DNA from: an uncultured delta proteobacterium
GTDB lineage: Bacteria > Desulfobacterota > Binatia > Binatales > Binataceae
Length of the DNA stretch: 64,000 nt
NCBI GenBank assembly: GCA_963808235.1
Contig: CAWEEQ010000004.1
Span: 3,424,001-3,488,000 of the forward strand
Direction: 5' to 3'
Part shown: in pieces, positions 1 through 9,551 of the stretch
Numbering within the stretch: position 1 is the first letter of the stretch
How the letters are laid out: each line of letters opens with the position of its first letter
Notes under the pieces: generated by a model
What the model was told of the DNA's origin: nothing
What the model saw: the letters and a program-made list of their open reading frames with translations, nothing else
The model's database searches: none
Translations under genes and position numbers: made by a program

Positions 1-87
1 GCTATCCGCTTCCAGGGTAATGAGGTCCACGACGATTATTCGAACGATGAGAACTCAATACGAAGCTATGCGATGCACTCTGCCACT

Positions 88-1362
88 TTAGGGGCGTGGA
101 ACGGAAGTACTTCCGGCTTCTGTTTTTTCACTCTTGTCGAAGTTGTGGATTGCCGACGTGATCATTGTCAACACAGTTTCGGAGGAAAAGCCGGCCACGA
201 AAGCGAGCGGAATAGAGGTAGTTGGGCCGGCCGGAGTTAGTAAGATGTAGCCTGCGATCGCAAGAAAGGGTGCTGAGAGAAACTGCAGAATCTGTAAAAC
301 CAGATGTTCTCGCATCTCGGAGGCCGCAAACGGTTTGCTATTGTCGAGGAATTGCTTTTGATATTGAGGCACTCTGCGCGTGAGGCTGATCGATGCTCCT
401 ACTAAAGCGACTATGATGAAGTAGAGGGGGACGGTAATGCCACCGTGTATGACTGTATTGGGAAAATTCCAATAGCTCGAAGTTAGATTGATATCGGGGG
501 TCCACGGTGGTGCGACGTATAGGTCGGACGAGCTTGGTGGCTGACCCTGCACAGGTGCGCTGGTAGCTGCTGGCTTGATTGATTGCTGTGGGTCCGATGA
601 CGCGGTCGCACTTGTCTTAGCGCCGCCTGAAAGCCCTGACTGCGCTGGAGCTCCTGGTTTATCCGGCCGCCCATCCTTGGGAGCGGCTATCGAAGGGCTT
701 ATAGGTGTCGTGACCTGAGCCGTTGGCGCCGCGGCTAGAGTCCCGCCGCCACCACCTGCGATGAGCACCAACCCTCCGATACTTATCAACCACTCGTCCA
801 TATACGGATCGCGGGGTTGGCAGACGACCTCCCAATGTGAGTCCTCTGGTCTATCGTCATGCACGCAACCTACAACCAATGCTACAGGACTATCGGGCAT
901 ATAATTGTAGACTGAGGAGACAACGCCCTGCGGGAGCATCATGAGAAATATGAACGGAGAAACTGCAACCCCCAGCGTCAGCAACATGAAGACGTAGCAG
1001 AAAACTATCATCTGACGAACTTTTAATTTCGTCTCCGAATCCGGGGGATTCGCTGGATTGAGATCCACCGTAAACACTCTCACGAACCACGCGAACATGA
1101 CCGCAGCTAGAATGAGCACCACGAGCAACACCAGGGTCGGAAGGTGTAATGAAAAGAATGAGGCGACAGTACTATTTCCGCCGGTGGGTAAGAAACTAAG
1201 CGTTTCCCCGGCGGGAGAAGACGACGCTTGCGGAGTTGGGTCCGCGGCTAAGGTAATCGAGGGACACAGAACTAGAGTGAGCAGGATCGCAACCCAACGC
1301 CCCCGGGAGCTGAAGCGACTTCCGAACCATTCCGCGAGACCGCGCTCCCACAGCCAGTTCAT
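88..1362 (-). CDS. Multi-pass membrane protein of unknown function with a Pro/Ser/Ala-rich linker
   Basis: 424-aa ORF with several hydrophobic segments; C-terminal VPLYFIIVALVGASISL...LAFVAGFSSETVL block; 4-bp overlap with the upstream ORF. Confidence 0.7.
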   Translation of the reverse strand: MNWLWERGLAEWFGSRFSSRGRWVAILLTLVLCPSITLAADPTPQASSSPAGETLSFLPTGGNSTVASFFSLHLPTLVLLVVLILAAVMFAWFVRVFTVDLNPANPPDSETKLKVRQMIVFCYVFMLLTLGVAVSPFIFLMMLPQGVVSSVYNYMPDSPVALVVGCVHDDRPEDSHWEVVCQPRDPYMDEWLISIGGLVLIAGGGGGTLAAAPTAQVTTPISPSIAAPKDGRPDKPGAPAQSGLSGGAKTSATASSDPQQSIKPAATSAPVQGQPPSSSDLYVAPPWTPDINLTSSYWNFPNTVIHGGITVPLYFIIVALVGASISLTRRVPQYQKQFLDNSKPFAASEMREHLVLQILQFLSAPFLAIAGYILLTPAGPTTSIPLAFVAGFSSETVLTMITSAIHNFDKSEKTEAGSTSVPRP

Positions 1363-1787
1363 CTAGCTACTCCAAAGTAGGTTCCATACGGAGAGTAGCA
1401 AGTGCATGAGCTGCCCACGGCTATGACGACTGTCGTCGGTAGAGCACATTGTCCCGCGGATGTGACACACATTGTAGCTCTTGGAGGCGCGGACGGTAGA
1501 TACTGATAAACGGGCGGCGCGTATTGTGGCGGGCGGTATGGATAGTACGGTGGAGGATACTGAACCTGTACTACCTGCTCCGATGCGTCCCGATCTTGAG
1601 TTGCCGTTGAATTACACCCAGGACGGTTGCCGGCCGAGTCCGGTGTCGTTTGCCGACTTTGTTGAAGACTCATGCGCGCAGACGCGCTGACCATATTGTA
1701 TCCTTCGATAGAACTCGCAGCTGCCGATAGGGTAACTGCGAAAAGGATTGCTCTGGCGAGAATGGCGCGTCGCTGATGGCGGTCCAT
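1359..1787 (-). CDS. Secreted protein with a Pro/Tyr-rich linker and a small C-terminal 4-Cys domain
   Basis: Signal-peptide-like N-terminus; C-terminal CVTSAGQC...GSSCTC...G motif. Confidence 0.6.
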   Translation of the reverse strand: MDRHQRRAILARAILFAVTLSAAASSIEGYNMVSASARMSLQQSRQTTPDSAGNRPGCNSTATQDRDASEQVVQVQYPPPYYPYRPPQYAPPVYQYLPSAPPRATMCVTSAGQCALPTTVVIAVGSSCTCYSPYGTYFGVAR

Positions 1788-2168
1788 CTTTAACCCCTAT
1801 TTCGAGCCGACTGGGCTGACAGCCTCCTGTACCAGAGCACGGAACCCACAGTTAGTTTCCAAGTGCTAACACTGCTCCGCGGTTTTGCTGACGAGTGCCC
1901 CTCCCTTGAGACAGTGGAAGCCAATTAGAAGAGCGCCAGTCTTAAGTCAAGTCGTGAAATTGGATGGCGAGCGGAGAAGTAACTTTTTGTCGACTGAAAC
2001 AGTCGCTATGGTCAAAACTATTGCTTACGAGTCGAAGAAGCGGACAAGAATCTATGTGGCTCTTCTCCGCGCCGATTTGCAGAGTAATCGTATCGACGGT
2101 GATTGTTCCGAAGCTAGTCGTTGCGCGGTCCGGGAATCGCCACGACTTGAAACGCCGCGCGCGTGTGC

Positions 2169-3365
2169 CTAGAAGAAATCCATCGTCGGGAAGCCCGATT
2201 GCTTAGTTATGCAATTCCACAGATACACTGCGAAACCCAGGTCGCCGGTCCAGAGCGTGTACCACCCCTGGCCGTACTGCGCTTTCATCAGATGATACTG
2301 CTCGATACCGTGCATCGCGAATGCGCGCGCGCGTTGCAGCCATTTCAGGTCGCCAGTCCGCTGATAGAGCTTCAGAAACAGCAAGCCGTTGCCGCCGGTG
2401 CCATGGCATAAGTTCGGTCCCTTGGTCAGCGGACCCGCTGCGAAGGTGAGTTTGCCGCCGGCCACGAAGAGCGATTCCATCGCGGGGCTGCGATCCTTCG
2501 GAAATGCCGCGAGCGCGCCCAAGGTCCCCGGCGCTCCATGACACCATTGAACCAACCACGGTGGAGGCGCGTCCGGCGCTTCGGCCCGCGAATACCAGTT
2601 GGCGTATTCGCCCTCGACGTGCGCCGTGTTCTCGATAACCCGCGCGACACGATCGTACAGTTCTGTCTGACGATCCTCGGTAAGCATCGAGGCAGCGCGC
2701 ATCATCACGGATGCGTTCGCGGAGAAGCCGTGCACTGGGCCGAGAAAGATGCGCGGCTCGGGCCGGTAGAGGCGTTGTCTCCACAGATGACAGTCGAACT
2801 CCTGCCGATACTTCCATCGTGACCACAATTCTTCGACCTTTCTCAGGAAGGCGTCGCGCCAACGTACCTCGCCGCTATCGTTCCACATGAACGACGCGGC
2901 CAGCGCACTGCCGGGCGCGCCCCACATCAATTCTTCAGTCGGCTGCTCGGCATTGTTTTCGATCAGCTCGAACAGGCGATCGGCGACCTTGGGCGCGCGG
3001 GTAAATCGCCAGCGGACAAGTAAGATGCCGACTTCGCCCATCAGCAGCGATCCGGAATATATCCGCGGATCTTCTTCGGCCAGAAACTTCGAATGCACCC
3101 CGGCTATCGCGTCGGCGCAATCGAATCGTGACGGGACTGCACCGCACTCCGCGAGGTATCCGAGCGCCCAAATCGCGCCGGCCGCGCCGAACCATAATCC
3201 TTTCAGAACTCCCTTCGCATCCTCGCGCGGATGAGCAGGCCAGAATTGGGTGGGATCGAAATGTGTTTGCGTATCGGCGACGATTGCGGCGATCGCGTCG
3301 CGAGCGGCGCCTTCGTCCCACGCGGTTCGAGAGAGGGATTCATGCCGCTCGGGATAGTAAAGCAC
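2169..3365 (-). CDS. Lanthionine synthetase C-like (LanCL) protein
   Basis: WCHGAPG and LCHGTGG Zn-binding motifs, GPVHG and GAAG alpha/alpha-barrel repeats. Confidence 0.85.
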   Translation of the reverse strand: MLYYPERHESLSRTAWDEGAARDAIAAIVADTQTHFDPTQFWPAHPREDAKGVLKGLWFGAAGAIWALGYLAECGAVPSRFDCADAIAGVHSKFLAEEDPRIYSGSLLMGEVGILLVRWRFTRAPKVADRLFELIENNAEQPTEELMWGAPGSALAASFMWNDSGEVRWRDAFLRKVEELWSRWKYRQEFDCHLWRQRLYRPEPRIFLGPVHGFSANASVMMRAASMLTEDRQTELYDRVARVIENTAHVEGEYANWYSRAEAPDAPPPWLVQWCHGAPGTLGALAAFPKDRSPAMESLFVAGGKLTFAAGPLTKGPNLCHGTGGNGLLFLKLYQRTGDLKWLQRARAFAMHGIEQYHLMKAQYGQGWYTLWTGDLGFAVYLWNCITKQSGFPTMDFF

Positions 3366-3442
3366 CGAGGCCTCAGGCGGCCGATGCGGAATCGGCGCGC
3401 ATCACAGTAAGCAATGAAGATTATGCCGAAGCGAAAGATCAG

Positions 3443-3751
3443 CTAGCGATCGCGTCCACCGCGGCGCTCGCCACCGCCGCCCCCGCCACCGCCGGCGCCG
3501 CCGCTTCGCGCTTGCGCTTCGTTGACCCGAATCGGCCGGCCCTTGATGTCTCTGCCGTTCAGGCTCTTGATCGCGCTTTCCGCCGCATCATCGGTTGCCA
3601 TCTCGACAAAGCCGAACCCTCGCGAGCGGTTAGTCGCGCGGTCGATGATGACTTGCGAGCTGTCCACCTTTCCTGCTTCTGAAAATACGTCGAGCAGATC
3701 CTGATCGGTTACAGTCCAAGCCAGATTCCCAACATACAGTCTGCGACCCAT
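3443..3751 (-). CDS. RRM-domain RNA-binding protein with Gly-rich tail
   Basis: RNP2 LYVGNL and RNP1 RGFGFVEM; GAGAGAGGGG RBS before ATG at 3751. Confidence 0.95.
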   Translation of the reverse strand: MGRRLYVGNLAWTVTDQDLLDVFSEAGKVDSSQVIIDRATNRSRGFGFVEMATDDAAESAIKSLNGRDIKGRPIRVNEAQARSGGAGGGGGGGGERRGGRDR

Positions 3752-4470
3752 TACCCCTCTCTCCTCGCGCGCGGTCGGCGAACCCCCATATGCACTCAGT
3801 CCGTGCCTATAGGCAGTCGAATGCCTAATTTGCGGTACGGACAATCTGGCGGTGAGGCAATCTCTTGAGCGCGCATCTGTTCCAAATTCCGGAATGCTTA
3901 TAGCATCGTGCCACGCGCAAACATAGCGCCTCCCTCCGTTGCGAGGCGCATTTGCCAAGCCTCTGAGTTATCGGAGGACAGGGCAGGTCGAGCGCTCAAC
4001 ATAATGAATGCCCATTGATGCCATTGAGTGCATAATGATTTCTAGTTGTTTTTTGAACCATTTTATCGCCCGTGTCGATTTTGCGGCGGCCATCCGCGGT
4101 CTTTGACAGCGACCTGCGGAGGCCGGGCGTACGATCACTTTCGGATAGCGGGCGACAGTGGTTCAACTCGGTGTGACAATGGCAAAACGATCCCGCAATC
4201 CATCCGAAGAACCGAAAGCAGAATCAAGATAGCCATTATAATAGTCAGTCGGAGGCCGACAGAGGCAATTGCGCGATGTCGTCCGATTGTCGGATTGCAT
4301 TCGCACATGGCGATTAGCTAGTGGCGCAGAGTTAAAGAGATATGCACATCACGGCGGCTATATCCAATTGGCTATGTGGATATTGCGAGGAAACGTTCGA
4401 TCTTGTGGAGTTGGATTTGATTGTGTACTGTGGATGAGTACTGATTCGACTACTCGAAGGAGATTGCTAA

Positions 4471-4854
4471 ATGCCACGTAAGAGCGCGTCGGGCGCAGCT
4501 ACATCCGCATTTCAACAGGTTCAGCGGCAAGCCCGGAAGCTGTTGGTGAACCTTCGCAAGACGATCCGCACCAAGGAGTTGGAATTGAGCCGGCTCAAGC
4601 AGGAGGAAGCGCGCCTGGGGCATCTGATCGGACGATCGAACGGAGGAATCACTCGAGACACGGGGGTGATGCGTGGCCGAGTCAACTGGCGCAGTGTGCT
4701 TTCCGCGCTGCCCAAGCAGTTTAAAGCCTCGGACGTGAGAAACGTACGCGGATTGAAGCAGAAGCGCCCGTCAGAGATTTTCGCGGCGATCACTCGATGG
4801 ATCGATGCCGGAAACGCAAAGCGAAAAGCGCGCGGAGTGTACGAACGAGTCTAA
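4471..4854 (+). CDS. Small basic protein, coiled coil plus a probable winged-helix C-terminus
   Basis: AAGGAG RBS, very Arg/Lys-rich, ends RKARGVYERV; followed by a terminator. Confidence 0.75.
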   Translation: MPRKSASGAATSAFQQVQRQARKLLVNLRKTIRTKELELSRLKQEEARLGHLIGRSNGGITRDTGVMRGRVNWRSVLSALPKQFKASDVRNVRGLKQKRPSEIFAAITRWIDAGNAKRKARGVYERV

Positions 4855-4906
4855 CCGCAAGCCGGGCAACCCAAGCGGAGCCAGGCAAACGTGGGTGTTG
4901 ATACGA

Positions 4907-4942
4907 CGGCGCAACGAATCTCCGTTGCGCCGCTTTCTTTTT
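4907..4942 (+). terminator. Intrinsic terminator
   Basis: CGGCGCAACG-N6-CGTTGCGCCG stem followed by CTTTCTTTTT. Confidence 0.8.
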
Positions 4943-5061
4943 CAACCTGATGCCGGTGCGTATGCCGCGGTGTGAGTAGTCGTTTCGTTAATGCTCACTA
5001 GGGACTCGCGCAGTCTTGCTATAAGCTCCGCAATATAACTGGCACGAAGAGAAGCAGACCG

Positions 5062-6177
5062 ATGGCTGTAAAGACGATTGAATGGCGGGCGGACACGGTC
5101 CGTATGATCGACCAGCGCCTGCTGCCGGCGCGCGAGGTGATCCGGACCTATCGCGACTACCGCGGTGTCGCCGATGCGATCCGAACGATGGTCATTCGCG
5201 GCGCGCCGGCGATCGGCGTGGCCGCGGCGATGGGTGTCGCGCTCGGAATCAAAGGCACGGCCGGAGCGCGCGCAAGAAAGCGATTCGAAACGGTCGCAAA
5301 AGTGCTCCGGGCCACGCGGCCGACCGCAGTGAACTTGACATGGGCTATAGATCGGATGGGCGCGGTGCTCGAGAAAGCCCTTTCAGCCGATCTCAATTTA
5401 AACGCCGACGATCTCTTTCGCCGGATGCGTGCGGAGGCGATCTCGATCTACGAGGAGGACCTCGCCGCGAATCGTGCGCTCGGGCAATTCGGCGCCAGCC
5501 TGATCGGTGATCCAGCCACCGTGCTGACTCATTGCAACGCCGGCGCACTCGCGACCGCCGGTTACGGCACTGCGCTCGGTGTAGTACGCGCAGCGCGAGA
5601 CTCCGGCAAAACGATCAGCGTCTTCGCCGACGAGACGCGGCCATTCTTGCAGGGCTCGCGGCTGACGGCCTGGGAACTCCACAAAGACCGCATACCGGTC
5701 ACGGTGATCGCCGACAACATGGCGGCGACAGTGCTCGCACAGAAGAAGATCGACTGCGTCGTGGTAGGTACCGATCGCACCGCGGCCAACGGCGATGTCG
5801 CAAATAAGATCGGAACCTACCCGCTCGCGGTGATGGCGCGGCGGCACGGCGTGCCGTTCTACGTCGCAGCTCCGCTTTCATCGATCGATCTGAATTGCCC
5901 CGATGGTGCGTCGATCCCGATCGAGGAGCGTTCGGGGCGCGAGCTTACCGAATATGGTGGCAAGCAGATCGCGCCGAAGGGCGTACGCACGTTTAACCCT
6001 GCGTTCGACGTAACGCCAGCCGAGTTGGTGACCGCCATAATCACCGAGCGGGGCGTCGCGTATCCGCCGTATGCGGAGAGCCTGCGCGCGCTGAAGGCTC
6101 TGGAAGCGGCCGACGACACACGGACGAAGACAGCGCCCTCTGACGAGGCCGGCGGCGCTCGCTACTCGTCGAAGTGA
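5062..6177 (+). CDS. mtnA: S-methyl-5-thioribose-1-phosphate isomerase
   Basis: IRGAPAIG, RPTAVNL, LTHCNAGALAT, DETRPFLQGSRLTAWEL, NKIGTY and NPAFDVTP motifs. Confidence 0.95.
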   Translation: MAVKTIEWRADTVRMIDQRLLPAREVIRTYRDYRGVADAIRTMVIRGAPAIGVAAAMGVALGIKGTAGARARKRFETVAKVLRATRPTAVNLTWAIDRMGAVLEKALSADLNLNADDLFRRMRAEAISIYEEDLAANRALGQFGASLIGDPATVLTHCNAGALATAGYGTALGVVRAARDSGKTISVFADETRPFLQGSRLTAWELHKDRIPVTVIADNMAATVLAQKKIDCVVVGTDRTAANGDVANKIGTYPLAVMARRHGVPFYVAAPLSSIDLNCPDGASIPIEERSGRELTEYGGKQIAPKGVRTFNPAFDVTPAELVTAIITERGVAYPPYAESLRALKALEAADDTRTKTAPSDEAGGARYSSK

Positions 6178-7181
6178 TCTAGATACTCGGACAGCCCGTA
6201 GCCGATTTTTCCGTCCCAGTTCCACTCGGTCATACCTTCGGCGATTCGCGTGACCATCCCGGCTCTTCGATTGCGCAGCGGTATCATCGCGATCACCTTG
6301 CCCGATATCACGATCGGCGCGCCGCCTTCGGCGGTCTGACAGGTCACTTTGATCTTGTCATGTAACTGCTGCTCACCGATGAACTCAGTCTGGACGTCCA
6401 CCTTGATAATGTGCTGAAAAGGCTGACCTTTGCGGGCGATGAATCCGCCGGGACGCTCGCTGCCGTCGCGATTCACCGTGATCGTCGCCATCGCGCCGAG
6501 GCTGTCGTCGAAGTTCATCGTGAGCCATCGATAGTACTTCGGCGCCTGCCAGTAACGCGGCCCCCAGCTATGATCGCGCAATCCGAGCGCATCGATCTTG
6601 AACTCCCGATCTCTGCCGTCCGCCGATAGCACAAGTTTCCCGGTCGCGTGGCCGAGCTGTTCCAGGTGTCCCTTGGCAAACTGGGCTTCGGGATCGCCCG
6701 AAGGTTCGGGCGAGACCCAATCGCTGCCCCGCTTTTCGCGCTGTTCGCCGCCCCATCCAGGCGACACCGCGGAATAGTCAATTTCGAGCTTGGCTCGCGA
6801 GTAGGGATTGTTCTTGAATGCCTTCGCGGGATCGGCCATCTCGAGCGGGTTCTTCAATACGCAGACTTTACCGTTGTAGCTGACGCGATGCTGCTCGAAC
6901 GGCTTGACCACCTCGAACCTGGCGCCGCCGGCGTCGTGAGCGTCGTTGTTCGTGATCTCGGGACGCTGAAACATAAAGCCGATGGTGCCGTCGGGCAGGT
7001 ACAGGCACACGGTCATTTCGGCATATCCTTCGTTGGCGCGATTACCTAGTCGGATAAAGCCGCCGAGTCGTTGTTTCCTATCGAAGAAGTTATAGTATGC
7101 ACTCTCGTTGAAATTGGACTCGCCGGTATTGGGATGCATCAGATCATCCCGTTCAAGCAGTACCACTTTGCGTTCTGCCAT
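6162..7181 (-). CDS. Conserved hypothetical protein, beta-rich hydratase/cyclase-like (CrtC/tocopherol cyclase-like fold inferred)
   Basis: NESAYYNF, HLEQ.G and RDHSWGPR motifs. Confidence 0.65.
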   Translation of the reverse strand: MAERKVVLLERDDLMHPNTGESNFNESAYYNFFDRKQRLGGFIRLGNRANEGYAEMTVCLYLPDGTIGFMFQRPEITNNDAHDAGGARFEVVKPFEQHRVSYNGKVCVLKNPLEMADPAKAFKNNPYSRAKLEIDYSAVSPGWGGEQREKRGSDWVSPEPSGDPEAQFAKGHLEQLGHATGKLVLSADGRDREFKIDALGLRDHSWGPRYWQAPKYYRWLTMNFDDSLGAMATITVNRDGSERPGGFIARKGQPFQHIIKVDVQTEFIGEQQLHDKIKVTCQTAEGGAPIVISGKVIAMIPLRNRRAGMVTRIAEGMTEWNWDGKIGYGLSEYLDHFDE

Positions 7182-7228
7182 TAGTCAAATCTCCTATCTT
7201 GTACAATGCAGGTGGTCTACGGCCACTA

Positions 7229-7648
7229 CTAAGTCGAGGTCTTGCGCATGGCGACGTCTCTCTCGAGGTAGCGCGGGTTTGCGATTCTGAGTTTATTTTC
7301 AACGCTCTGCCTGACCACACTTAGGACTTCCGCCCGCCGCGCCGACTCGTCCGCCTCTCCAGCGCGAATGCGCGCGCTGAGTTCCTCGGCCATGGTTGTG
7401 GACGCCTTGCGCAAATCGTCGAGGCTATGGAGGTGAGGCGCGTCGCGCCCGAGCAGGCGGGCAAAGGCCTTAACCTCGGTCCGGACTGCCGAATCTTCCA
7501 TCTGGATCTCGCGGGCAACGATGCGCATGACGTTTGCCACCACGCGCGCCTGGAACTGGCGTGCCCCTTCGATGGCCGGCACGATTTCGCGGTCGACGAA
7601 ATCCGCCGCCGCTTCGAGTAACTCAACCGAAGTTGGCCGATCCTGCAT
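7229..7648 (-). CDS. DUF6285 / LvaB-like small partner of the phosphotransferase
   Basis: MQDRPT..ELL.A, FQARVVAN and KL.IANPRY motifs; lies directly downstream of an APH-family gene. Confidence 0.75.
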   Translation of the reverse strand: MQDRPTSVELLEAAADFVDREIVPAIEGARQFQARVVANVMRIVAREIQMEDSAVRTEVKAFARLLGRDAPHLHSLDDLRKASTTMAEELSARIRAGEADESARRAEVLSVVRQSVENKLRIANPRYLERDVAMRKTST

Positions 7649-7681
7649 ATTCAGTTTTTCCTATTTCTCATTAGCCAGTAG

Positions 7682-8701
7682 CTATTCGATCAGATTCAAC
7701 AGTTCGAGTTCGGTCTCCGCGGTTCGCCGTCCAATACTAGCCAGTTCGACGCTCTTTACGAACCCATCGATATGAGTGCGCGCCTGACTGATAGTAATTA
7801 TTCCCCAGCGCAGGTTGCCAAAGACTTCCCAGAACCGGGCTGCATCGGGATCGACCGACATCCCACTGGCTTTCTCGTAGGCGCGGAAAAAATCCTCGCG
7901 CGAAGAGAGCCCGCCGACCGGCTTTTCGTCATTGCCGAATCGCCACGCCCGCACGCACATCCATCCGACGTCTTCCATCGGATCTCCCAGATGGGCGAGC
8001 TCCCAATCCAGGATCGATCGCACGCCCTCCGGTCCGAAAATCACGTTGCCGATCCGGTAGTCGCCGTGGACCAGCGCGTTGCGCGGGGTTTTCGGAACGC
8101 GACTGAAAAGCCATCGGAAGGCCAGCTCGAAAGCGGGATGCGGTTCCAGCGCGAGGCGGCGGAAAGTCTCTTCATACCGCTTTACCTCGGCGAGCGCGGC
8201 GTCTGCGTCGGCTTTTGGAAGGAAGTCGAGTTTGTGTTTGACCGGATCTATTAGATGAATCTTCGCGAGAATTTCGGCGAGCTGCGAAGGCATCACTTCG
8301 CGCGCCTTTGCGTACCCGTCGTCGCGGAGCAGCCGGCGTGCGAGAGTCTCGCCGTCGATCCGTTGCATGATGAAGAACGCGGCGCCGAGCACGCTGGGAT
8401 CGTCTGACAGCCAGAAGACCTCGGGCACCGGCAGACCGTCTTCGAACGCGGCGCGGATTACGAGGAACTCGTTGCGGCGCGAAGTGGCGATGTTGTGCAC
8501 ACCCGGATCGCGGCGCAGCACCATCGCGCGCCGACTCACGGTCTTGCCATCGTCGAGAGCGCAGTCGAACGACCAAATCTCGCGCGACGCGCCGCCGGGC
8601 ATCTTGCGGAAATTCTCGATAGTTACGTTTCTGAATCGGCCCTCGGCGCGAATGAAGTCGGTCAGCCGCTTGACCATCTCGCCGGGTTCAATCTTCTCCA
8701 T
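7682..8701 (-). CDS. APH/ACAD10-type phosphotransferase (LvaA-like)
   Basis: GGASRE, VHGDYRIGN, ILDWELAHLGDPMED motifs. Confidence 0.9.
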   Translation of the reverse strand: MEKIEPGEMVKRLTDFIRAEGRFRNVTIENFRKMPGGASREIWSFDCALDDGKTVSRRAMVLRRDPGVHNIATSRRNEFLVIRAAFEDGLPVPEVFWLSDDPSVLGAAFFIMQRIDGETLARRLLRDDGYAKAREVMPSQLAEILAKIHLIDPVKHKLDFLPKADADAALAEVKRYEETFRRLALEPHPAFELAFRWLFSRVPKTPRNALVHGDYRIGNVIFGPEGVRSILDWELAHLGDPMEDVGWMCVRAWRFGNDEKPVGGLSSREDFFRAYEKASGMSVDPDAARFWEVFGNLRWGIITISQARTHIDGFVKSVELASIGRRTAETELELLNLIE

Positions 8702-8738
8702 AGGAAACGTCTATCACGAAAATCGCATCGCCCGCATG

Positions 8739-9551
8739 TTACGCGCGTCGGCCAACCTTCTGCGCGATCCCGTCGCCGAGCAGGTTGAAACCGAGGATCG
8801 AAAACCCGATCGCGACTCCCGGTGCGGTCGTAAGATGAGGCGCGACCAGCAGGAACGCGCGACCCGCGTCAAGCATGTTGCCCCAGCTCGGAGTCGGCGG
8901 TATCGCGCCCAGGCCCAGAAATGAGAGCGCGGCTTCCGCGCCGATGATTCCGCCCACGCCGAAAGTAGCCTGGACCGCCAGCGGGCCGACAACTGCGGGC
9001 ATCAGATGGCGCATCAGGAGGCGCGACCGGGTGGCGCCGAGACTTTCGGCGGCGAGCACATATTCGCGCTCACGCAGCGTCAGCACTTCGCCGCGAACGA
9101 TACGCGCGTAGCCGGTCCATCCCATCGCGGTCAGCGCGATCGCGAGATCGACCAGGCCCGGTCCCAGGATCGCGGCGAGCGCGATCGCGAGCAGTATTCC
9201 TGGAAATGCGAGCACGATATCGACGCCGCGCATCACGAGATTATCGATTCGCCCGCCTGACAGCGCCGCCGCGCCGCCGATTGCGCTGCCGACCAGCATC
9301 GAGGCTGCGACCACCACGACAGAAATCGAGAGCGAGAGACGCGCTCCCCAGAGCACTCGCGCGAGCACGTCACGTCCGAGTGCATCGCAACCAAACGGAT
9401 GAGCGCGGCTCGGCGCAGCAAGAGTGTTCGCGAGATCGATCGCGAGCGGATCGGTGCGGAACAATATTGGACCGGCGATCGCGGCGAGCACCATCGCAAC
9501 GACGATCGAAATTCCGATCGACAGCGATGGGTTGCGACCGCGCCCGATCAC
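8739..9551 (-). CDS. dppC: Peptide/nickel ABC transporter permease, DppC/OppC family
   Basis: HPFGCDALGRD, EYVLAAESLGA, EAALSFLGLG..PPTPSWG; GTG start overlaps the dppB stop. Confidence 0.9.
   Translation of the reverse strand: MIGRGRNPSLSIGISIVVAMVLAAIAGPILFRTDPLAIDLANTLAAPSRAHPFGCDALGRDVLARVLWGARLSLSISVVVVAASMLVGSAIGGAAALSGGRIDNLVMRGVDIVLAFPGILLAIALAAILGPGLVDLAIALTAMGWTGYARIVRGEVLTLREREYVLAAESLGATRSRLLMRHLMPAVVGPLAVQATFGVGGIIGAEAALSFLGLGAIPPTPSWGNMLDAGRAFLLVAPHLTTAPGVAIGFSILGFNLLGDGIAQKVGRRA

Noticed and set aside
1359-1480. Ser/Thr/Cys-rich tail as a lanthipeptide precursor for the LanC-like gene
   Set aside because: The ORF has a Sec-type signal peptide and a disulfide-like Cys pattern, and there is no dehydratase nearby.
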